Assembly: GCA_023818965.1 (NCBI GenBank)
Contig: JAMWCD010000003.1
Coordinates: 126,533 to 190,532 of the forward strand
Direction of reading: 5' to 3'
Origin: Candidatus Omnitrophota bacterium
GTDB lineage: Bacteria > Ratteibacteria > UBA8468 > B48-G9 > DTJG01
Length of the DNA stretch: 64,000 nt
Shown: positions 1-9,660 of the stretch, in pieces
How positions within the stretch are numbered: position 1 is the first letter of the stretch
How the letters are laid out: each line of letters starts with the position of its first letter
Position numbers and translations under genes: made by a program
The notes under the pieces: model-generated
Seen by the model: the letters and a program-made list of their open reading frames with translations, nothing else
Database searches by the model: none
Told to the model about the DNA's origin: nothing

Positions 1-1
1 A

Positions 2-262
2 AATCCAGGATGGCAACATCAGTCATTCATCAAAACAACAAAACAAAAAATTGAAACAGCAATCTCATTAATTGGTGAGTCAGGAAGAGATATACTACTG
101 TGTCTTGATGGTGGAATTACAAAGGATAATATTGTTGATGTCTCACATATGGGTACTGATATTGTTGTTGCTGGAAGTGCAATCTTTGATGGAAAGGATA
201 TTATAGGAAATGCAAAATTTTTTATTGATACATTAAAGAAAGGAAGAACAAAATCCATATGA
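2..262 (+). CDS. rpe: ribulose-phosphate 3-epimerase family protein, C-terminal fragment (5' end outside window)
   Basis: Own translation of frame 2: NPGWQHQSFI...LCLDGGITKDN...GTDIVVAGSAIFDG. This matches the NPGFGGQxF, DGGI and VAGSAIF motifs of Rpe-type barrels. TGA 260-262 overlaps the next ATG (ATGA). Absent from the ORF track because it is open at the window edge. Confidence 0.75.
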   Translation, partial: NPGWQHQSFIKTTKQKIETAISLIGESGRDILLCLDGGITKDNIVDVSHMGTDIVVAGSAIFDGKDIIGNAKFFIDTLKKGRTKSI

Positions 263-1089
263 AACCAGAACCAGAATGCAAATACGATTTCAAGGGCAGG
301 GTGGCAATGGTTACTGGTGCTGCAGGTGCTATTGGATCAGGTATTTCAAGGGGACTATTGAAATCAAACTGTAATGTGGCAATAACAGATGTATCTATTG
401 AAGCACTTGATGACCTTTACCAGGAATTAAAGGAACAATTTGGTGAAAAGGTAAAAAAATTTGTGATGGATGTTACAGAGTTTGACTCAGTTGCAAACGG
501 GATAAAGGCAATCGTTGAAAATTTTGGTTCCCTTGACATTGCAGTGATCAACGCAGGTATCGCCCATGTTTCATCTATTAAGGACATGGATGTTAAAGAA
601 TTTCAAAAACTTGAAAAGGTTAATGTTGAGGGAACATTGCTTGTATTGAAAGAACTTGCAAAACATTTTGAAAAACAAAACACAGGCGGCGATATTATTC
701 TGATTTCAACAAAAAATGTTTTCTCACCAGGAGCATCATTTGGTGCATACAGTGCAACAAAGGCAGCCGCACATCAACTTGCACGCATAGCATGCCTTGA
801 GTTTGCACCACTGGGTGTAAGGGTCAATATGGTTGCTCCTGATGCTGTTTTCTCAGATGGAAAGAGAAAATCAGGACTGTGGCAAAAAATAGGACCAGAG
901 AGAATGAAAGCAAGGGGTCTTGATGAAAAAGGGCTTGAAGAATATTACAGGAACAGGAATTTATTGAAGGCACAAATCACTGCTGAGCATGTTGCAAATG
1001 CTGTTTTATTTTTTGCTTCAAGGCAAACTCCTACAACAGGAGCAACACTTCCTGTTGATGGTGGGCTTCCTGATGCAACACCAAGATAA
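259..1089 (+). CDS. short-chain dehydrogenase/reductase (SDR) family oxidoreductase
   Basis: VTGAAGAIGSG Rossmann motif, YSATK (YxxxK) catalytic motif and C-terminal PVDGG. The tail resembles the SDR half of bifunctional rhamnulose-1-P aldolase/SDR proteins. Confidence 0.85.
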   Translation: MKPEPECKYDFKGRVAMVTGAAGAIGSGISRGLLKSNCNVAITDVSIEALDDLYQELKEQFGEKVKKFVMDVTEFDSVANGIKAIVENFGSLDIAVINAGIAHVSSIKDMDVKEFQKLEKVNVEGTLLVLKELAKHFEKQNTGGDIILISTKNVFSPGASFGAYSATKAAAHQLARIACLEFAPLGVRVNMVAPDAVFSDGKRKSGLWQKIGPERMKARGLDEKGLEEYYRNRNLLKAQITAEHVANAVLFFASRQTPTTGATLPVDGGLPDATPR

Positions 1090-1193
1090 TTCCTGCGTAT
1101 TTAAATGCCACTTGGTTAATTCTATGAAGGTAATCCCATTTACCGAGAACAAATCTCAATTTTACCTTTACTAAAATCTCAAGGCAGTTTTTA

Positions 1194-1937
1194 TTATGGA
1201 TTATAACCAAGTCCATCAACATATTCTTGCCTTAACACTGCCTTTGCATGTCCATCAACAAAAACAGCATTAACAAGTTTTATTCTCATATGCCTTCCTT
1301 GAGAACCCGCGTAATAAGGGTTAGGCAGGTAAATAGATGGATATTCATTATATGCCTGTGTCGGATTCCCAAAATTCAGTTCTCCATACCTTGCTTCACA
1401 GAACATTATTGTAGTATCGGGCTTTGTCACCCTACCAAGTTTCTTTGAAACAGAAGGTAATTTTGCATTGTATCCAAAATCTATCTGACTTGTATTATAA
1501 GAGTATGCTTCAGCATATCTCTGCCCTTTATCAATGCAGGGACAATTTACAATACCAGTAGATGTGTAGACGTACCAGTCAGGAGTCCCATCTGGTGCTG
1601 TGCCACTGTACTTTGTGGGATTATCACTTGTAAAATAGATCTTTCCTTTTAAATAGCCAAGTTGAGTTAGTGTATCAAGAAATCCTACACTTGACCAGTT
1701 CCAGCTTGTCGTTGGTGTCCAGCCCGTAAATCCCCTCCATCTCGGATACCAGTATTCATTGTAATCGTTCAAATACATATGAACTGCCACTCCTATCTGC
1801 TTCAGATTTGAAAGACATGTTGACATTACTGCCTGTTCCCTTGCCCTTGCAAGTGCTGGTAGCAACATCGCTGCAAGTATTGCAATGATAGCCATAACAA
1901 CAAGAAGCTCAATCAAAGTAAAGCCATTCCTTTTCAT
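1194..1937 (-). CDS. prepilin-type N-terminal cleavage/methylation domain protein, DUF1559 / H-X9-DG-like
   Basis: MKRNG|[31 protein letters not shown] leader with Glu+5, then CLSNLKQIG and C-terminal FVDGHAKAV. Start moved to ATG 1937, which follows GGAGGTGG (SD). The ORF-track start at 1982 adds 15 unsupported residues. Confidence 0.85.
   Translation of the reverse strand: MKRNGFTLIELLVVMAIIAILAAMLLPALARAREQAVMSTCLSNLKQIGVAVHMYLNDYNEYWYPRWRGFTGWTPTTSWNWSSVGFLDTLTQLGYLKGKIYFTSDNPTKYSGTAPDGTPDWYVYTSTGIVNCPCIDKGQRYAEAYSYNTSQIDFGYNAKLPSVSKKLGRVTKPDTTIMFCEARYGELNFGNPTQAYNEYPSIYLPNPYYAGSQGRHMRIKLVNAVFVDGHAKAVLRQEYVDGLGYNP
1861..1892. repeat. 32-nt exact repeat shared with 2525-2556 (pilin-leader coding segment)
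   Basis: agcaacatcgctgcaagtattgcaatgatagc is identical at both positions. It encodes the [12 protein letters not shown] helix of the two tandem paralogues. Confidence 0.95.
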
Positions 1938-1953
1938 AGTCCACCTCCTTTCT

Positions 1954-2601
1954 TTAATCATTATTTGGTAATGTCCATACACCTCTGTAATTATAATAGT
2001 AAGGTGGCGCAGGTCCTCCTGCCTGCTGAGCCATTATTTTTGCATCAAGTGTTCCAACATGGAGGTCGCAGAAAATTACAGGAACAAATCCCCCATGGGT
2101 AAGATAATATATCTGGTTGCCTGGCCTGTCCTGGTTGAAGTATGGAACATATGGTCTTGCTCCACCAAAATTAAAATTGCAGTAAATGTAAATTGTATCT
2201 TCAGGACTCTGGTCAGCCGTTGAACCAATCCAGTTTGTACCCCTCATTGCTCCCTGATTCATACTATAACTTTCATAACCTGTTTGTCTTGAGAAAACAA
2301 CTTTTCTTGAATCCTTTGGACATTTAAAAAGCAACCAGTTTTTTATGTAGCCCAGATCATATAACATGTAATACCAGGCATTTGCCGAACCATAAGGTTC
2401 TTCAGAAGGCATCCTTGGGACATCATAATCCTCAGAGTACATTTTAATTGCAAGTGAAATCTGTTTAAGATTGCTGAGGCAGGATGTCATCTTTGCCTTT
2501 TCCCTTGCCTTGCTCAGGGCAGGAAGCAACATCGCTGCAAGTATTGCAATGATAGCAATTACTACAAGCAATTCAATTAATGTAAATCCTTTCCTTCTCA
2601 T
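1954..2601 (-). CDS. prepilin-type N-terminal cleavage/methylation domain protein, DUF1559 / H-X9-DG-like (tandem paralogue)
   Basis: MRRKG|[43 protein letters not shown]-terminal H-x9-DL ([16 protein letters not shown]). AAAGGAGGTG SD immediately upstream of the ATG. Confidence 0.85.
   Translation of the reverse strand: MRRKGFTLIELLVVIAIIAILAAMLLPALSKAREKAKMTSCLSNLKQISLAIKMYSEDYDVPRMPSEEPYGSANAWYYMLYDLGYIKNWLLFKCPKDSRKVVFSRQTGYESYSMNQGAMRGTNWIGSTADQSPEDTIYIYCNFNFGGARPYVPYFNQDRPGNQIYYLTHGGFVPVIFCDLHVGTLDAKIMAQQAGGPAPPYYYNYRGVWTLPNND
2525..2556. repeat. 32-nt exact repeat shared with 1861-1892
   Basis: Identical string read directly from both loci. Confidence 0.95.
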
Positions 2602-2626
2602 AATACACCTCCTTTTTTGGGTATTT

Positions 2627-2666
2627 TTTATATCACAAAAAGAACCATTCTGTCAAATTCTGTCAA
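2627..2666 (-). promoter_or_regulatory. sigma70-like promoter for the pseudopilin pair, with duplicated -35 box
   Basis: Minus strand reads TTGACAGAATTTGACAGAATGGTTCTTTTTGTGATATAAA. Proximal TTGACA (2651-2656), 18-nt spacer, extended -10 TGATATAAA (2627-2635). A 10-bp tandem direct repeat (2647-2666) creates the second TTGACA. Confidence 0.55.
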
Positions 2667-2667
2667 T

Positions 2668-4377
2668 TTATTTTTCTATTTCTGCTTTTTTAAGATTGAT
2701 TTTTCTTATCAATTCAGGGTCAAATTTTGGTTTTCTATAGTAAGTATAAAGCCCATTTGTTTCCTGTTCTACATCATACAATTGTGTATAGCAAAAACCT
2801 GTAATTTTGGGATGATTTAATAGAACCTCTGTTAATTTTCTGTATCTTTCAATAAACTCTTTTTTTGTTTTTGGCCTGTCTCCGTAACCCCATCCCTGTT
2901 TTCCTTCTGCCCACCACGTACCCCCGTATTCACTGACCCAGTATGGCTGTCCTCTGTAAGGAGCATCAAGTTGAGGATAGTTCTGCCAGATTTTTTCCTG
3001 TGATTTAAATGGTTCAAAATCCTTTTTGAATTGTTCAGGGTCCTGGTTATAATTGTGGCAATCATAAATATCTGTTTCAACATGAATATAACCACTTGTA
3101 TCAATCACAGGTCTTGTCGTATCAAATTTTTTTGTAATATGATAAATTGTTCTGACAAGTTCATTATCCTGTGGCATACGGGTTTCGTTTAATGGACACC
3201 ATCCAATGATCGAAGGATGATGAAAATCCCTTTCAATAACATCAATCCATTCTTTTATCAAAACAGAAAATGCCTCATGACTGATTCTGCTTTTTATACC
3301 CCAGTTTGGATATTCATCCCATACCAGATAACCAAGTTTATCAGCCCAGTAAAGGAAAAGTGGTTCAAAAATTTTTTGATGAAGTCGTGCTCCATTAAAT
3401 CCCATATGTTTTGCGATTTTAATATCATTGATGATGTCTTCCTGTGATGGTGCTGTGTAAATTCCATCTGGATAATATCCCTGGTCAAGAACCATTTTCA
3501 AAAATACAGGACTATTGTTCAAAAGAATTTTTTTTCCTTTTATTTCAATCTTCCTGAAACCAAAATATGACTCAACCTCATCCTGTTTTACTCCATTTGA
3601 GTAAAGAACAAATTTAACATTGTACAAAAACGGATTTTCAATACTCCAGGGAATGAAATTTTTTATGTTTATTGTAAAAAAAGTATTTCCACTGCCAGAA
3701 ACGGTCTTTTCACAGAAACATTCATTTTCAGCAAATATCATTGTTTTTACTTCTGATTGCCCATCAATATTCAAAAAAAATAAAACATCTCCTGAATCAT
3801 AATCAGGATAAATCTTAAAATTTTTCAGGTAATTTCGTTCTGTTGCTTCAAGATACACTGTCTGCCATATTCCTGTTGTTCTTGTGTAATAGCATCCATA
3901 GGAATAATATCGCTGGGATTGTTTACCACATGGCTGAAGGTATGTTCTATTGTCATCATAAGCATTTACAGTAAGAACGTTTTCTTTCTTAATAGCATCA
4001 GTGATTTCAAAACGAAATGGTGTATATCCACCAGTATGAGTTCCAATATGGATATCATTGAGCCACACGTTTGTAAGAAAATCAACTGCTCCAAAGTTTA
4101 AAAAAATTCTTTTTTTCGCAAAGTGTTCTGGAATTTTAATATTTTTTCTGTACCATATTGAAACCATGAAATCAGTGTTTTCTATACCTGAAAGTTTACT
4201 TTCAGGCGGATATGGCACAACAATTTTTTCTCTGAATTTCTTTTCTAACAAATAAAATTTTTTATCTATTCCAGTATTTGATGTATCAATTTCAAAATCC
4301 CATTGTCCATTTAAATTCAACCACTGATTTCTAAAAAAATCAGGCCTTGGATGCTCTGACCTTGGAATATTTTTCAT
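2668..4377 (-). CDS. glycoside hydrolase family 2 (beta-galactosidase/beta-glucuronidase/beta-mannosidase type)
   Basis: N-terminal SEHPRPDFFRNQWLNLNGQWDF, NGARLHQK...LGYLVWDE and HHPSIIGWCPLNET (GH2 acid/base NE motif). No signal peptide. GGAAGGAAGAG SD. Confidence 0.8.
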   Translation of the reverse strand: MKNIPRSEHPRPDFFRNQWLNLNGQWDFEIDTSNTGIDKKFYLLEKKFREKIVVPYPPESKLSGIENTDFMVSIWYRKNIKIPEHFAKKRIFLNFGAVDFLTNVWLNDIHIGTHTGGYTPFRFEITDAIKKENVLTVNAYDDNRTYLQPCGKQSQRYYSYGCYYTRTTGIWQTVYLEATERNYLKNFKIYPDYDSGDVLFFLNIDGQSEVKTMIFAENECFCEKTVSGSGNTFFTINIKNFIPWSIENPFLYNVKFVLYSNGVKQDEVESYFGFRKIEIKGKKILLNNSPVFLKMVLDQGYYPDGIYTAPSQEDIINDIKIAKHMGFNGARLHQKIFEPLFLYWADKLGYLVWDEYPNWGIKSRISHEAFSVLIKEWIDVIERDFHHPSIIGWCPLNETRMPQDNELVRTIYHITKKFDTTRPVIDTSGYIHVETDIYDCHNYNQDPEQFKKDFEPFKSQEKIWQNYPQLDAPYRGQPYWVSEYGGTWWAEGKQGWGYGDRPKTKKEFIERYRKLTEVLLNHPKITGFCYTQLYDVEQETNGLYTYYRKPKFDPELIRKINLKKAEIEK

Positions 4378-4391
4378 CGTCTCTTCCTTCC

Positions 4392-6041
4392 TCAGAAATT
4401 TTTCAAATAATTTATTGCTTTCTCAGTAAGGTACAGGTCTATTTCAAATAGTCCTTTCCACCATGTTTCAAAGGACTTTTTGTCTCCGACATTTTCAACA
4501 TAATATTGTTTTGCTCTTGACTTAAGATTTCTGATATTTTTCTTTATCTTTTCAAATCTTTCTCTCATTTCTTTTTGTATCATTGAAGGAATTTGTTTTT
4601 TTGTTGAATTCCACCATCTTGCCTCTTCCTGTAGAAAAAGTAATTTCGTGTAAAGAGTTTCTGCTTCTATACTGAGTAAAAGCCCTTTTCCAAAAATTCC
4701 TGTGATATTTTTTCCATTTAAACAAATTAAAATATTTTCAAGATTTCTTACCCTCCCAATAACGCCAGGACCTGGTGCCTGGTTTGATATCACCCATAAA
4801 ATGTCGGACAGAGAAAATTCACCAAATTTTGATGGCATATTGATTTCATCTGCAATTACCCCGGAAATTTCCTTCAAATCACATGGTTTTGTTTTCCCTG
4901 TGTATGAAGCAAAAGCAAAGTAAGCAAGATTATAAAGCGTTAATGTCCATGGTGGGCTGATTGGAGCATAGGAATGGGCTCTTGCCCATGAACTTGCAAT
5001 AATTCCTTTCCCACTTAGTTTGCAGACAGTATCACACATTGATACTGGATTGAGTACACCCCTGACAAAGTCAGGCATAGAAAGCATATCAGAACAATTA
5101 TACACAGCACATGTTGCCCAGAAATTTTTGTTGTATTTTGCAGTAATTTTTACCTGTGAAAAACTTTCTGGATAACCATTTTCATCAACCTTTATGAGAT
5201 TTTTTATTTCTTCAGGAAGGTCTTCAAAAAATTTGCCATTTTCAACAAAAGATACAACAGGTCTTGCATTTACAATACTTTCATATGGATTTCTTGAAAG
5301 ATTTTTTGTTGGTCTTGTTCCTCCAATATTAACAAAATAACTTGATTTTCCTATATCCTGGTATTCCCATACAACTGGAATCACATCAGGGTCAATGATA
5401 CTCAAAAGTTTTATATTGTTTTCTGTAAAAAACATATCATTCCAGAACATTGGTATTTTTCCGCATTTTTTCACAAGATTCCATACCCACATTGTATGTT
5501 CAAGATAAAAATTCATCCTTCCAATTTTTCCCACCTTTTTCCTGCATTCAGGACAATAACCAAGTTGAAATGTTTCATCCTGACCAACATGAATATATTT
5601 GCTGGACGAATGGAATTCACAGGCAATTTCAATCAACCTTTCAATGTATTTTCTTGCATCTTCATTTAATGGACATACCTGCTGTATATAATCATGCCTT
5701 TCAAACATACAGGATGTCCCTTTGACTCTTGAAAGATACTCAAGATGTCCAAATGTTTGAAATAGAGGTATCCACTGGATACCATTATCATCTGCAAATT
5801 TCACCAACTCAATAATCTGGCTCTTTGTATATCTTTCTGATTCTGGAAACTGGTATTTCAAAGGAAGGAAAGGAAAACGATGCTCATATTCAACAAGAAC
5901 TCCATTAATACCCCATCTTGCAAGCAATTTAAGGAATTTTTTCAATGATTCAAACGGAATTTTTGGACCTTTCAGGTCAATGTGGACAACCCTGTTTTCA
6001 ATTGCTGGCTTGCCCTTTACCCATGGAGAAAAATTTTTCAT
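4392..6041 (-). CDS. GH20-like beta-N-acetylhexosaminidase (HEXDC-like)
   Basis: VVHIDLKGPKIPFESLKKFLKLLARWGINGVLVEYEHRFPF parallels the HEXDC N-terminus (LVHLDLKG...LIEYEDMFPY). HVGQDET fits the GH20 D-E catalytic pair. Start is either ATG 6041 or GTG 6053. Confidence 0.55.
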   Translation of the reverse strand: MKNFSPWVKGKPAIENRVVHIDLKGPKIPFESLKKFLKLLARWGINGVLVEYEHRFPFLPLKYQFPESERYTKSQIIELVKFADDNGIQWIPLFQTFGHLEYLSRVKGTSCMFERHDYIQQVCPLNEDARKYIERLIEIACEFHSSSKYIHVGQDETFQLGYCPECRKKVGKIGRMNFYLEHTMWVWNLVKKCGKIPMFWNDMFFTENNIKLLSIIDPDVIPVVWEYQDIGKSSYFVNIGGTRPTKNLSRNPYESIVNARPVVSFVENGKFFEDLPEEIKNLIKVDENGYPESFSQVKITAKYNKNFWATCAVYNCSDMLSMPDFVRGVLNPVSMCDTVCKLSGKGIIASSWARAHSYAPISPPWTLTLYNLAYFAFASYTGKTKPCDLKEISGVIADEINMPSKFGEFSLSDILWVISNQAPGPGVIGRVRNLENILICLNGKNITGIFGKGLLLSIEAETLYTKLLFLQEEARWWNSTKKQIPSMIQKEMRERFEKIKKNIRNLKSRAKQYYVENVGDKKSFETWWKGLFEIDLYLTEKAINYLKNF

Positions 6042-6042
6042 C

Positions 6043-6636
6043 TTAAATACCACAAACTTTTTTTATAATGGAAGAAATTTTTTTTGCTGTTTTTTCAATA
6101 TCCCGGTTTATAAATCTGTAGTGATATTTTTCCAGAAGAATTTTTCTTTCCCTGGACGATTCCTTTAACCTGTGTCTGATATTTTCATCTGTTTCTCCTC
6201 TCTTTTTCAATCTTTCTCTTTGTTCCTTAAGAGAGGGAGGGAGAATACCAATAAGCAATGTATCAGGATATTTTTCTTTTATCTGCAATGCTCCGTTGGT
6301 ATCAATGGTAAGAAGAACGATTTTGTTTTTTTTCAAATTCTCTTCAATAAAATTTTTCGGTGTTCCATAAAAATTTCCATAAACAAAAGCCCACTCAGCA
6401 AAGAAATTTTTCTTGATTTTTTCTCTAAATTCTTTTTCGTCAACAAAAAAATAGTCAATCCTGTTTTTTTCCTTTTGTCTTGGTTTTCTCGTTGTATAAG
6501 AGACAGAAACAACAATATCAGGCAGGATCTGTTTCAATTTTTTCACCAGCGTGGTCTTCCCGGTTCCTGATGGTGCTGAAAGAACAACAATGTGACCACA
6601 ATTATGGCGTGGCTTTGCCCTTTGTTTTGAGGTCAT
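6043..6636 (-). CDS. gmk: guanylate kinase
   Basis: VLSAPSGTGKTTL P-loop and SVSYTTRKPRQKEKNRIDYFFV. Confidence 0.9.
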   Translation of the reverse strand: MTSKQRAKPRHNCGHIVVLSAPSGTGKTTLVKKLKQILPDIVVSVSYTTRKPRQKEKNRIDYFFVDEKEFREKIKKNFFAEWAFVYGNFYGTPKNFIEENLKKNKIVLLTIDTNGALQIKEKYPDTLLIGILPPSLKEQRERLKKRGETDENIRHRLKESSRERKILLEKYHYRFINRDIEKTAKKISSIIKKVCGI

Positions 6637-7288
6637 TGATCATTCTTGTTGCAACATCAAAAAAACCAACATAATTATCCCTGACAAATTCCCATTGTTT
6701 TATTGCCTTATCAATCTGACCATTTTTTTCGTAGGCATGCGCAAGTACATCATCAACATAATCAGGATGAGGATATTTGATTGCTTTTTCAAGATATTTT
6801 ACTGCATTCGGATAGTCCTTGCCTTTATGATAATATGTCCATCCAAGTTCAAAATAGATATCATATTTATTTGCATTGAATGGATAGGATAGCCCCTTTT
6901 TCAAAAATTTAATTCCCTGTTCATACCAGTATTGTTTTTCTTCAGGGGTCTTTACTTCAGCATAAATATTGTAAGCCATATGCCATCCACCAATTGTCCA
7001 TACAAGGATATAACTTGGTTGCAACCACGAGATTGCTTGAAGAAGTGGCAGGATTTTGTAATGCTGTCCGCTGTGCCAGTAAGATTCCATTTGTAGCCAC
7101 AATAAATCAGCAGCAAGACCCTTAAAGCCGCCAAGGATTAAACTTCCTGCAACCTGTCCTGGCATCAAAACAAGGGCACTCTCAAGATTCTCAAGTTTTT
7201 TCCTGTAATCAATCTGAATCTGAACAAGATGTATTCCAACAAAACACAAAACAATGGCAAGGAAATACTTATAACCTTTTCTTCTCAT
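6602..7288 (-). CDS. membrane-anchored TPR-repeat protein
   Basis: N-terminal hydrophobic helices. C-terminal TPR-like repeats (YFELGWTYYHKGKDYPNAVKYLEKAI...AHAYEKNGQIDKAIKQWE). ATGA overlap with the upstream permease gene. Confidence 0.55.
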   Translation of the reverse strand: MRRKGYKYFLAIVLCFVGIHLVQIQIDYRKKLENLESALVLMPGQVAGSLILGGFKGLAADLLWLQMESYWHSGQHYKILPLLQAISWLQPSYILVWTIGGWHMAYNIYAEVKTPEEKQYWYEQGIKFLKKGLSYPFNANKYDIYFELGWTYYHKGKDYPNAVKYLEKAIKYPHPDYVDDVLAHAYEKNGQIDKAIKQWEFVRDNYVGFFDVATRMINDLKTKGKATP

Positions 7289-8049
7289 ATTTCCCTTTTT
7301 TCAAAGAAATAAAGTGCAATAAATAATGCAACACACATATACAAAATTCCATAGGCAATTGTATAACCGACATACCCCCAGCTTACATTAAGTCCAACAA
7401 CAATTTTATCTCTGATATTGAAGTTTTCATAGTTTGGAACAAGGGTATAAAGCATATCAGCCAGTCCCTTTACAATAATGTTTTCTGTTCTTTCTATCAG
7501 TTGCTTTCCATAAGAAGTAAGGTGTCCAACAATATAAAGGAAAAAGGAACATATGATGTTAAAGGCGTCAGATGTAAATGTTCCAAGAGCAAGTGTTATG
7601 CCACCAATAAGGATCAATTCAAAAAATATCAATAGTAATGTTTTGAAAACATCCATATTAGGAGGACTTTTCTTGAATATCAAAAGACCAATGAAAAATG
7701 CTGTGGCAAGAATAAAATTGACAAAGATAATCATGGATACACCAAAAAATTTCCCAATGACAAAATCAGAACGTCTTATTGGTTTTGTTAATAGGGTGTA
7801 AATCGTACGACGTTCAATTTCTGTTGAAATGGCTGCAAGAGAAGCAAAGATTGCTATTAAGGCACCGAAAAACTCAATGGCAGAAAAACTTACATCCTTA
7901 ATCATTTTCAATTCTTCTTCTGCAGTAAGAAACGAAAACAACTTTGATGCTCCAATAACAATGAGAGCAAAAATCAATATGATATACAATGTCTTTTTTC
8001 TTATTGATTCCCTGAATGTATTAACTCCAATCAACCACATTTTCTTCAT
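7285..8049 (-). CDS. ABC-2 type transporter permease
   Basis: About six hydrophobic spans. Translationally coupled (ATGA) to the ABC ATPase gene upstream. Confidence 0.7.
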   Translation of the reverse strand: MKKMWLIGVNTFRESIRKKTLYIILIFALIVIGASKLFSFLTAEEELKMIKDVSFSAIEFFGALIAIFASLAAISTEIERRTIYTLLTKPIRRSDFVIGKFFGVSMIIFVNFILATAFFIGLLIFKKSPPNMDVFKTLLLIFFELILIGGITLALGTFTSDAFNIICSFFLYIVGHLTSYGKQLIERTENIIVKGLADMLYTLVPNYENFNIRDKIVVGLNVSWGYVGYTIAYGILYMCVALFIALYFFEKREI

Positions 8050-8816
8050 TTTCTTTCTCCTGTTTTGGCTGCAAACTCTGTATCAAAAGCACAGATGGTT
8101 TTAACAAATAGGTCTTCAAGATTTTCTGCCTGATATTGTTTGTTCAAACCATCAAGAGTACCTGTGGCAAGAAGATGTCCTCTGTGAAAAATTGCAATCC
8201 TGTCGCAAACTCTTTCAACTTCAGAAAGAAAATGGCTTGAAAGTAAAATCGTTTTTCCCTGCTCTTTCAACCTCAATAGCAAATTCCTTGTATCCCTGCA
8301 ACCAATAGGATCAAGACCTGTTGTTGGTTCATCAAGAATCAAGATTTCAGGGTCATTAATCAAACTTGCAGCAAGCCCTATTCTCTCAAGCATACCTTTT
8401 GAATAATGTCTCAGGGCAAGCCGTTTTGCATCTTTTAATTCAACAAGTTCTAATAATTCCTCAATTCTTTTATCTGCCTTATCAGAATCCATTGAATACA
8501 AACTTGCATAAAACCTCAATAGTTCAGGTCCATTGAGATAATCATAATAATATGGATTTTCTGGCAAAAAACCAACGTGTTGTTTCATTTCAATGTCATA
8601 CGGCGGCTTTCCCATAATATTTGCCTCACCTGAGGTTGGAAAAAGAATTCCAAGAAGAAGTTTCAAACAGGTTGTTTTTCCTGAACCATTTGGACCAAGA
8701 ATTCCAAAAATCTCGCCCTGATTGATTTCAAGGTCAACATTTTCAAGACCAACAACAACCTTTTTCTTTCCAAGGATATAATGTTTGGTCAGTTGCTTTG
8801 TTTCAATTATTGCCAT
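8046..8816 (-). CDS. ABC transporter ATP-binding protein
   Basis: Walker A GPNGSGKTT, signature-like YSKGMLERIG and Walker B ILILDEP. Start moved to ATG 8816 (MAIIETKQL), preceded by GAGGAGGAAATC. Confidence 0.9.
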   Translation of the reverse strand: MAIIETKQLTKHYILGKKKVVVGLENVDLEINQGEIFGILGPNGSGKTTCLKLLLGILFPTSGEANIMGKPPYDIEMKQHVGFLPENPYYYDYLNGPELLRFYASLYSMDSDKADKRIEELLELVELKDAKRLALRHYSKGMLERIGLAASLINDPEILILDEPTTGLDPIGCRDTRNLLLRLKEQGKTILLSSHFLSEVERVCDRIAIFHRGHLLATGTLDGLNKQYQAENLEDLFVKTICAFDTEFAAKTGERK

Positions 8817-8856
8817 GATTTCCTCCTCGATTACTAACAATTTAAGTTTTATTCTA

Positions 8857-9660
8857 TCACAATTTATGGTTGGTGACAAAATCTCCAAATATCATACCAG
8901 TCAATGTCAGAAGCAATCTTGCTTTTTCTCCAAAATTTTCTGTCTTTTCCACAAGTATATCCAGTGTTTTTTTCAGTTGTTTTTTTAATTTTTCTTCGTT
9001 TCCTTCTTCATCATAAAGATCATCAAGAATCTGAAATGCAGTGCCGAAAAGTGTACCAATTGTTTTCATCCTTTTCAATGTTTTTTCTTCAGATTTACCT
9101 ATCATTGCAGGGATTTCAAAACATAATGAAAACAATTCTCCTGTTTTTTTTCTGTCAATCCATATTTTTGTTTTATGTGGAATTGTTTTTCCCTTAAAAA
9201 TCATATCAAGGGATTGTCCACCTGCCATACCATCAGAACCAAGAGCATCACATGCCTTTATCGTTGCTTCAGGAATACCACATTTTGAAATTTCCCTCAA
9301 TCCAAGACATAATAAAGCATCTCCTGCAAGCAGTGCCTGGGCTTCACCAAATTTCTTATGACAGCTTGGTTTTCCTCTTCGAAAATCATCATTATCCATA
9401 CATGGTAAATCATCATGAATAAGTGAAAAACTATGAATCAATTCGATGCCACAGGCACACGGTAAGATTTTTTTCAATGGAACACCTACAATTTTTGCAA
9501 CAGCAATTGTAAGAAGTGGTCTAATTCTTTTTCCACCAGGAAACACAGCATAATACATTGCTTTTTCAAGGGTTTTTGCCATACCCCCTGTGGGCTTCAA
9601 GCACCGTTTTAAATACCGGTCAACAATTTCTAAATATTTGTCTATGGTTTTTTTATCCAA
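8857..9660 (-). CDS. polyprenyl diphosphate synthase (FPP/GGPP synthase type)
   Basis: First Asp-rich motif LIHDDLPCMDNDDFRRG. Second motif FQILDDLYD. Confidence 0.9.
   Translation of the reverse strand: MDKKTIDKYLEIVDRYLKRCLKPTGGMAKTLEKAMYYAVFPGGKRIRPLLTIAVAKIVGVPLKKILPCACGIELIHSFSLIHDDLPCMDNDDFRRGKPSCHKKFGEAQALLAGDALLCLGLREISKCGIPEATIKACDALGSDGMAGGQSLDMIFKGKTIPHKTKIWIDRKKTGELFSLCFEIPAMIGKSEEKTLKRMKTIGTLFGTAFQILDDLYDEEGNEEKLKKQLKKTLDILVEKTENFGEKARLLLTLTGMIFGDFVTNHKL

Noticed and set aside
19-258. 79-aa minus-strand ORF at the left edge.
   Set aside because: It lies antisense to a frame that translates into clear Rpe motifs (DGGI, VAGSAIF) and ends in an ATGA overlap with the next gene. Its own sequence is low-complexity Ile/Ser/Phe-rich.
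8817-8888. 24-codon N-terminal extension of the ABC ATPase ORF.
   Set aside because: It overlaps the polyprenyl synthase 3' end. ATG 8816 has a GAGGAGG SD and gives the canonical MxIIExxxLxKxY ATPase N-terminus.
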